From NCBI GenBank assembly GCA_026625185.1, contig CP113000.1, positions 240,001-272,000 of the forward strand: a DNA stretch of 32,000 nt, in the 5' to 3' direction. Each line of letters starts with the position of its first letter. Position 1 is the stretch's first letter. Position numbers and translations under genes: made by a program. The notes under the pieces are model-generated. The model ran no database searches. It was not told where the DNA came from and saw nothing but the letters and a program-made list of their open reading frames with translations. Positions 26,068 through 32,000 of the stretch are shown in pieces. This DNA is from Thermodesulfobacteriota bacterium. Lineage in GTDB: Bacteria > Desulfobacterota > WTBG01 > JAGOGO01.

Positions 26068-27303
26068 TTATTCTTCTATTGTTTTATCAGGTAATTGCAG
26101 TAAATCCGTTTGGAGTGATTTACCAGCTATTCCCTTAATTGACCCGAATAGAGCTGAAATATTTTCTTGAACCACCCAGATTTGTTTCTCTCTTTCAGCC
26201 CAAATTTTGTGCATTGATTTTTTCTCTGAATTTAGCTGGTTAATCATGCCTTCATAGTTTTCTACAATTCTTTTTATGTTTTGCACAAATTCATTGCTGG
26301 TAAGGTAGTTGTAAAGTAATTCCATCTTGTCACCTTTGTTTTCTTGCGACAGTTTTACAGAATTGATTTTTATTAACATTTCTCGAAGAACAAAAGATAG
26401 ACTCTTAACTTCGTAAAAACTACAAATCCATACACCGTTTTTTTCTCCGAATCTATCCATATCCACAGGGTAAGTTTCAGTAACAATTACAGCAAGATCA
26501 GCCTTGCAAATAATCTGGTCTTGCTTTAATTTGTCTATCCAATCATTCGCAAAATTTTTAGTACGCTTGCTTTCATAAACTATCAAGCCACATTTATGCT
26601 GATTTGAATTAATAACAATTTGTATTGCATCTGCACCACGGACCCCTTTTGGCACTTCTTCAATTGTGTCAAATGGATAAGTTCGAGATAAAAGATCTTC
26701 AAGCGCCAATTCTTGAACTTCACCCTGAAGTTGCATAGAACCCTGCTCTGCTTTCCGTTTCATCTCTTCAGCTAGTTTCTTGTTGTCTTCAATTTGTTTG
26801 AGGAGTTTTACTTTTTCAAGTTCAAAACTTTCTCTTTCCTTTGCTCGGGCTTTATCTTCAATTTCCTTCTGTCTTTCAAGAAGTTGCTTTTCCATTTGCA
26901 AATTCAGGTCTTCTTGCTTTTCTTTTAACTCTGCTTCTTGTTTTAGAAAGGCAACTTCTTTTTCCTTAAGAGACTTATTTTCAGCTTTTCTTTTTTCATT
27001 CTCTTCTTGAAGAGCTTTTATTTTTTCTTCCACTGATTCAAGCACATTTTTTTCAATCTTCGATTTTTCTTGTTCAAGTTTTTTGGCTAGTTCAGTTTGA
27101 AAAAGTTCACCTTCCTTTTCTCGCTGTTGTTCAAATAACCGTTTTTCTTCTTCAAGCTTTCGTTTTTCCTGATTGAATTTTTCGGCTTGTTCAGCCACCT
27201 TCTTTTCATATTCAGTTTTAAAATGAGCTTCTAGTTTTCCCGAAAGCGCTTCTTCAACATTAAAGCTGTGTCCACAGTTAGGGCATTTGATTTCATTGTT
27301 CAT
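26068..27303 (-). CDS. DUF2130-like protein: N-terminal zinc ribbon, long coiled coil, C-terminal PD-(D/E)xK-like domain (411 aa)
   Basis: MNNEIKCPNCGHSF, then about 180 aa of E/K-rich heptad-like sequence, then GADAIQIV...GLIVYESKRTKNF (a D...ExK pattern). Confidence 0.7.
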   Translation of the reverse strand: MNNEIKCPNCGHSFNVEEALSGKLEAHFKTEYEKKVAEQAEKFNQEKRKLEEEKRLFEQQREKEGELFQTELAKKLEQEKSKIEKNVLESVEEKIKALQEENEKRKAENKSLKEKEVAFLKQEAELKEKQEDLNLQMEKQLLERQKEIEDKARAKERESFELEKVKLLKQIEDNKKLAEEMKRKAEQGSMQLQGEVQELALEDLLSRTYPFDTIEEVPKGVRGADAIQIVINSNQHKCGLIVYESKRTKNFANDWIDKLKQDQIICKADLAVIVTETYPVDMDRFGEKNGVWICSFYEVKSLSFVLREMLIKINSVKLSQENKGDKMELLYNYLTSNEFVQNIKRIVENYEGMINQLNSEKKSMHKIWAEREKQIWVVQENISALFGSIKGIAGKSLQTDLLQLPDKTIEE

Positions 27304-27447
27304 ATTTGATGACCTTTATAAAATGGATATTAACTATTTTGTTTTTTTACACAAAACAATGCTTATATGGTTTCTATATGACACGCTTGACCCTTTACAA
27401 CGCATCGACCGGACTCCGCACTCCTTTACCTTCTTCGCAAAAAAAAT

Positions 27448-27488
27448 AAAAAAAGGCCCATCACCTTTGTATCTGGCAATCCGACCTT
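27448..27488 (-). terminator. Repeat-family terminator hairpin, copy C (downstream of the 650-aa gene)
   Basis: The minus strand reads GGTC GG ATTGCC AGATACAAA GGTGAT G GGCC TTTTTTT. Confidence 0.75.
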
Positions 27489-27750
27489 CTTTGTTCTCTC
27501 AAAATAATAAACCCGCTCTCCTCCGATTATATCATTGAGTTTCCGTTTTTTTTATTCAAAGATGAATTTTCTCATTGAAAACATTAAATCTTAACCTGAT
27601 AAAAATCAACTAAAATTTAGCTCCAGATGTCATTTAAGCAAGCCAAAAATATCTCTTGATTTCCTAAGAGAATAATTATAAAAAGCTTCATTACGACTAA
27701 CCATAGGGAGTAGGGATAATTATGGTGAGCAATCAATTTAAATTTCAATA

Positions 27751-27790
27751 AACCCTTCAAACAGGCCTATCCTGCGAGAGGGGTTTTTTC
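27751..27790 (+). terminator. Plus-strand terminator-like hairpin with no annotated plus-strand gene
   Basis: aacccttc (27751-58) pairs with gaggggtt (27778-85). An inner stem pairs cagg with cctg. The hairpin is followed by a T-run. Confidence 0.45.
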
Positions 27791-27886
27791 GCCTTGGTCG
27801 GAGAAAAGGGGGGATCTTTTAATTCTTCCATTTCCTATTCTCTTTTTAATCTCCGGCTTAAACCACAACCAATCTCGCATAGTGCA

Positions 27887-29839
27887 TCATTGGTTGTCGG
27901 AATTGATGCGTTTGTAGACCTCTTCGTTGTTCAAGCCAAGAGCTTTTTGAAGTTTTTTAAGCAAATACGCTTCTAGCAACGAAGACAAGCGATTCACGGG
28001 GTCAATGATTCTGAAGCCGGAAATATGGTGCGCGATGTTAAGTGCAATTAGCAATAATCCGAGAATGCCGGACAGGACGCGCCAGAAAATGCTGGCTGTA
28101 GGCGGTTCGAAGAAAGGGCGATACGAATAGACAAGAAAAAAGATCGCGATTATAATTAATGCTGCACGCACTACAGCGGGCACCAGATGTGCAAGACGCC
28201 GAATGTTGTGTTCTACATTCGAAACCTTACTTTCGCTGACAGTTAGTCTCTGGAGGGCTTTTTGGTGATCGGTACCAACTTGATTGAGTTGGTCCATCAA
28301 GGGGCGTGTAATTTCTTGCTCATGCTGGGCAAGGATTTGCAGTACAATTTGTTCGCTGACTTCTTCTTCGTCCCCCAGGGTCAGGTTCATAAGTTCATCA
28401 CGTACTCGGAGCTCATATCTGAGATATTGATGTTGCTCCGGCGTGATTGTTTTGTCGTTGCGGAGTTTGTCCAACTCGGCCAAGAACTTGTTCCATAGTT
28501 GCTCGGAAGGTTTCAGTATGCTGTAGCAGTGAGCGAGAAGGAGGTGCATGGGGACATTAGGGTTTTTCAAAGGGGACTTGACCCAAACAATATTGGTGAG
28601 ACTGAAGTCAGTTATGACCGGAGAAACATTTTTGAATTCGTGGTACCCACGCCCGTAAGCATACGCAGCCCGGGCAAGAGCTGCGTTATTAGTTAGAACT
28701 AGTGCACGAGATTCCTCAACCCGCTCTGGCGAACTACCTGCTCTCAAAACATACGCACTACGAACAGAGTTGACATCTGCCTTTTTTGCTATTTCGCTGC
28801 GATATTGGAGGCCAACAGCCTCCATTTCTTTCTCCAAGGCGACTTCATCGATCTGATATTTCTCGACGTAACTGGGGGTTTTCTTGATTTGGATCCCTTC
28901 GTCATCCAGGAGATTCTTAATTCGTGCACGGATGAGCGCCACATCGCTTGGCGACATTCCAGCGTCCCGGAGCGCTACTATTACATTGCCGTGCCCTCCG
29001 CTCGGCATTTCGAGATAACGCTCTGCATTCCTGAGGACATGATCAGTTTCTTCCAATGTATGAGAAAATATTTTAAGCTGGGCACCAGCATCCTTGAATA
29101 GATGCAAGATTTCTCGTGTGTATGCCTTGATTTCCTTTCCAACTACCCCGAGTGTTTGCAGGATGAGGGGTGTATCAATATAGATTGCTGTATCTCGGAA
29201 CTTGGCTCCCAGACCAGACAGGTCGGAAGCGAGCAGAGCATTAACAAGCATTCTGCCAGTGAGCACTGTCACGAAATACCGGAAAAGATCCGGTTTTTTT
29301 GACGATATGTGGTTCGCAAATCTGGAAACGATGAACCTCCAGTGCAGTGGCTGACTCCCGCGAATCGGAACCGTAGTGCCTGAAGTGAATGATGCAACAC
29401 ACTCAATGGAGTATTCATCAATGTAATTCAGGAGCCCTGACTCACAATCAGCCTCCGTGAGGTCTTGTCCAAGTTCGTCGCGTGTATAATCCTTAAGATT
29501 GAGGACAACTGCGCGGTAATGAGCCTCCAATTCGGCCTGATTTTTTTTAAACTCTTGTGGTTGGCACTTGATCTTGACGACGAGATACAACTTGTTGTCC
29601 CGCTTGACGATTCTACGTTTGCACATACGCGACAGGAAAAGCTTTACGGTGGGTAAAGGAAGATCGAGGCCAAAATCATTTATGAGCCAATCTTTGAGTT
29701 CCTCTGGTGAAAAACGGTTTGGTGAGTGGTTGAATAGGCACACCTCTGCAAAACAGATGAAGGCGTCAACGATATCACGCTTCTCGAGGTCGAATCTCGC
29801 CTTGAGAAGTGCCAAGCTTGTTAGCGTAACTGAAAGCAT
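27887..29839 (-). CDS. Orphan 650-aa protein: wHTH-like N-terminus, PIN-like central region, coiled coil, two C-terminal TM helices
   Basis: GGAG RBS. KLFLSRMCKRRIVKRDNKLYLV (wHTH-like). AIYIDTPLILQTLG, FSHTLEETDHVL and ALVLTNNAALARAA give a tentative PIN-like acidic pattern. Hydrophobic helices VVRAALIIIAIFFLVYSY and VLSGILGLLLIALNIA. Confidence 0.8.
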   Translation of the reverse strand: MLSVTLTSLALLKARFDLEKRDIVDAFICFAEVCLFNHSPNRFSPEELKDWLINDFGLDLPLPTVKLFLSRMCKRRIVKRDNKLYLVVKIKCQPQEFKKNQAELEAHYRAVVLNLKDYTRDELGQDLTEADCESGLLNYIDEYSIECVASFTSGTTVPIRGSQPLHWRFIVSRFANHISSKKPDLFRYFVTVLTGRMLVNALLASDLSGLGAKFRDTAIYIDTPLILQTLGVVGKEIKAYTREILHLFKDAGAQLKIFSHTLEETDHVLRNAERYLEMPSGGHGNVIVALRDAGMSPSDVALIRARIKNLLDDEGIQIKKTPSYVEKYQIDEVALEKEMEAVGLQYRSEIAKKADVNSVRSAYVLRAGSSPERVEESRALVLTNNAALARAAYAYGRGYHEFKNVSPVITDFSLTNIVWVKSPLKNPNVPMHLLLAHCYSILKPSEQLWNKFLAELDKLRNDKTITPEQHQYLRYELRVRDELMNLTLGDEEEVSEQIVLQILAQHEQEITRPLMDQLNQVGTDHQKALQRLTVSESKVSNVEHNIRRLAHLVPAVVRAALIIIAIFFLVYSYRPFFEPPTASIFWRVLSGILGLLLIALNIAHHISGFRIIDPVNRLSSLLEAYLLKKLQKALGLNNEEVYKRINSDNQ

Positions 29840-30066
29840 ATCAACTCCATCTGTCCGCTTACTGTTTGGTCAGAAGCCGGTGTATATTGTATGGCTGCAA
29901 CAATTTTATGCCTAATCAGGAAAATTATCAAAACTTTTATCAACAACCCTATTAAAAAATGTCGGCTTTTTACACAGAAGGCGACAGCAAAATGACTAAA
30001 CTTTAATGGAACCAGTCAGAAAGGGAAAAGAGAAAAAGAAAACCCTGCAGTGTGTGCTTGCCTTTA

Positions 30067-30094
30067 ATATTAACTTTTAATGAAAACTTAATAT
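30067..30094. promoter_or_regulatory. Near-perfect palindrome in the recombinase upstream region, candidate operator
   Basis: atattaactttt (30067-78) and aaaacttaatat (30083-94) match at 11 of 12 inverted positions around aatg. The core TTAACTTTTAA recurs at 30208-30218, and inverted (ttaaagttaa) at 30172-30181. Confidence 0.45.
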
Positions 30095-30232
30095 CCCCTA
30101 CCCCCTAAAATATCCTCTAAATCTAGTTATTTAAATAAAAATAAAGTAGTTAGAAAGATTTTTCTTGATTTTTAAAGTTAAGTTTAATATATTTTAATCT
30201 AAGATACTTAACTTTTAAAGGGGCAAAATGTT

Positions 30233-30862
30233 ATGACAATAGAACCCAAAAAAGAAGAACCTAAAAGAGGCAACATAAACCATCCCCCAAAAGGTTCCAT
30301 AATCAGGGTTGATCCCATTCGGGAAGAAAAAGACATCAAGGCGATAAGAAAACTTCTTGCCGACAATCCCCGGAACCACCTACTTTTTGTAATGGGGATT
30401 AATAATGGTCTGAGGGTGGGGGATTTATTAAAGCTTAAGGTCGGAGATTTACGGGGAATGAAACCCGGAGACTCTATCACTATCAAGGAGGGAAAGACTG
30501 GAAAGCAGAATATCCTGGTCATCAACAAGACCGTTCATAAAGTCCTTAGTGAATTCTTATCAAGTGCCAAAGTTGAAGATGATGACTACTTATTTAAAAG
30601 CAAAAAAGGCAACCGTGCTTTAACCATCCCAGCAGTCAATGCTCATATAAAGAAGTGGACATCAGTCATTAATCTTAAAGGCAAATTTGGTGCGCATTCC
30701 TTAAGGAAGACTTGGGGCTTTATCCAGAGAACTCATTATGGTGTTGGTTTTGAGCTTATCTGTAAGCGGTTCAACCATCAAAGTCCCGCAGTTACTATGC
30801 GCTACCTTGGGATTACTGATAAAGAGGTGCAGAATATTTTGACCAATAATGAGATTGGTTAA
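30233..30862 (+). CDS. Small (209 aa) tyrosine recombinase, catalytic domain only, FimB/FimE-sized
   Basis: Catalytic contexts NGLRVGDLLKLK (R), KEGKTGK (K), GAHSLRKTW (HxxR), NHQSPAVTMRYLG (H...Y). There is no SAM-like core-binding domain. Confidence 0.8.
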   Translation: MTIEPKKEEPKRGNINHPPKGSIIRVDPIREEKDIKAIRKLLADNPRNHLLFVMGINNGLRVGDLLKLKVGDLRGMKPGDSITIKEGKTGKQNILVINKTVHKVLSEFLSSAKVEDDDYLFKSKKGNRALTIPAVNAHIKKWTSVINLKGKFGAHSLRKTWGFIQRTHYGVGFELICKRFNHQSPAVTMRYLGITDKEVQNILTNNEIG

Positions 30863-30880
30863 ACAAGGAGGTGAAAAAGA

Positions 30881-32000
30881 ATGGGCGTAAAAGTTAGGGA
30901 AATGAAAAAAGGTGAGTGGTGGATTTTTATTTACCATCACGGAAAACATAAAGCCAAAAAGATAGGTAGGGATAAGAGGGTAGCATTAGAGGTGGCTAAG
31001 AAAATTGAGGCTAAGCTTGCTTTGGGGGAAATGGATTTAGAAAAAATGAAAAAACGTGTTCCGACCTTTAAGCAATTTGTTTATGGTTGGGAAGACCATG
31101 AAGGCATGCATCCGGGCTGGTTACATTCCTTGGCAGAGTTATCATTCAAAAATTCAACGCGGACAGGTTATAAGAATATTTTAAGCCGTCATCTTATTCC
31201 TACCTTTGGAAATAACCCCCTTAATGAGATAAATTCGCGCCTGGTTAGCGATTTTACTTATAGGCTTTTCAATGCGAAGTTAAGAAGCGGATCGGTAAAA
31301 AATATTAAGAACTGTCTCAGTTCTATTTTAAGAAAGGGCACCCAGGACGGCTATCTTGAATCAAATCCAGCGCGAGGTGTAAGTGTGCCAAGACCTGAAG
31401 GTGAGCGTTCATTTAGAGAGCCTTGTCCCTTTACCTGGGAAGAACGAGATCATTTTGAATCTACTTTTAAAGAAAAGTTTCCAAGATATTATCCCCTTGT
31501 TGTTTGTGGGTTTAGAACTGGGCTAAGAATCGGTGAGCTTTTAGGGTTACAATGGGGTGACATTGATTTTTTTAATAAGATTATTCTGGTTCAGAGAAAT
31601 ATTACCTTGGGAAAGATCACAACCCCTAAGACCTTATCCAGTAAAAGGATGGTAAGAATGACAACTAACCTGGTTGAGATTTTGGAAAAGCACCGCCAAA
31701 GGATTATCGAGGAAAAGTTAAGAAAAGGCTGGAAGGAAATGCCGGAGTGGGTTTTTGTCAACCAGATAGGTTCGTTTGTTAATTATGGCAGATTCGTGAA
31801 TCACTACTGGCACCGTATAATAACGCTTTCAGGTTTGAGCCGAAGAACACCGCACGACATGAGACATACTTATGCTACCTTACGATTGAGCAAAGGGGAT
31901 TCACTGGCAGAGGTTAGTAAAGAAATGGGACACGGAAACACGGATTTGACGTATAAAACTTATTATAAATGGTTGCCAAAAGAAAGCAGAACGAACATCG
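30881..32000 (+). CDS. int: Phage-type tyrosine integrase with an arm-binding-type N-terminus; partial, runs off the right edge
   Basis: Absent from the ORF track because it is open at the edge. AAGGAGGTG RBS, then ATG 30881. My translation gives MGVKVREMKKGEWWIFIYHHGKHKAKKIG... then RTGLRIGELLGLQWGDID, TPHDMRHTYATL and GHGNTDLTYKTYY. Confidence 0.85.
   Translation, partial: MGVKVREMKKGEWWIFIYHHGKHKAKKIGRDKRVALEVAKKIEAKLALGEMDLEKMKKRVPTFKQFVYGWEDHEGMHPGWLHSLAELSFKNSTRTGYKNILSRHLIPTFGNNPLNEINSRLVSDFTYRLFNAKLRSGSVKNIKNCLSSILRKGTQDGYLESNPARGVSVPRPEGERSFREPCPFTWEERDHFESTFKEKFPRYYPLVVCGFRTGLRIGELLGLQWGDIDFFNKIILVQRNITLGKITTPKTLSSKRMVRMTTNLVEILEKHRQRIIEEKLRKGWKEMPEWVFVNQIGSFVNYGRFVNHYWHRIITLSGLSRRTPHDMRHTYATLRLSKGDSLAEVSKEMGHGNTDLTYKTYYKWLPKESRTNI

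Larger units (their letters stand above)
7121..32000. mobile_element. tRNA-Cys-associated integrated genomic island (element 2); right end beyond the window
   Basis: It starts at a displaced tRNA fragment. It carries an AlpA-like HTH gene, a primase-helicase, an XRE regulator, a defence gene cluster and two tyrosine recombinases at the right edge. I saw no intact tRNA in any intergenic region up to 32000. Confidence 0.6.

Noticed and set aside
14242-27488. Integron-like reading: same-strand cassettes, each followed by a structured repeat, divergent from tyrosine recombinases
   Set aside because: The hairpins lack the RYYYAAC/GTTRRRY attC core sites and are followed by T-runs, so they are terminators. 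The modules are multi-gene, have their own promoters and carry 400-bp tails. The recombinases look like a phage-type integrase and a small invertase-like enzyme, not IntI. The tRNA-fragment repeats explain the locus better.

Overview
This is an AT-rich bacterial chromosomal segment; I cannot assign a taxon by eye. All domain calls come from motifs I read in the translations, with no database search.

Layout, left to right:
- 1-854: a partial htrA/degP-like protease gene, followed by a bidirectional terminator at 1052-1090.
- 1098-1140 and 7121-7163: two near-identical 43-nt copies of the 3-prime part of a minus-strand tRNA-Cys(GCA). No intact tRNA is present in the window. I read these copies as att cores of two elements integrated in tandem.
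- About 1.1-7.1 kb (element 1): a decayed element with no integrase. It carries secreted-protein genes, an LpxL-like acyltransferase, a P-loop kinase-like gene and a complete IS4-family insertion sequence at 5495-6822.
- 7.1 kb to beyond 32 kb (element 2): an AlpA/excisionase-like HTH gene, a split Toprim plus P-loop primase-helicase, an XRE regulator and an M50 protease operon, then a 15-kb minus-strand defence island, and finally two tandem tyrosine recombinases at the right edge.

The defence island contains, in plus-strand order: McrBC with PUA/EVE-like N-terminal modules; a type III Res/Mod pair; an OLD-family nuclease; a DUF2130-like protein; and an orphan 650-aa wHTH/PIN-like/two-TM protein.

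The defence modules are separated by three homologous copies of a terminator hairpin with conserved flanks, and by gene remnants (a RadC tail and a methyltransferase tail).

Most interesting candidates:
- the orphan 650-aa membrane-anchored PIN-like protein;
- the DUF2130-like plus OLD pair;
- the repeated module-boundary element, which may encode a small RNA;
- the 21-bp triple repeat with an exact inverted copy 4.7 kb away.
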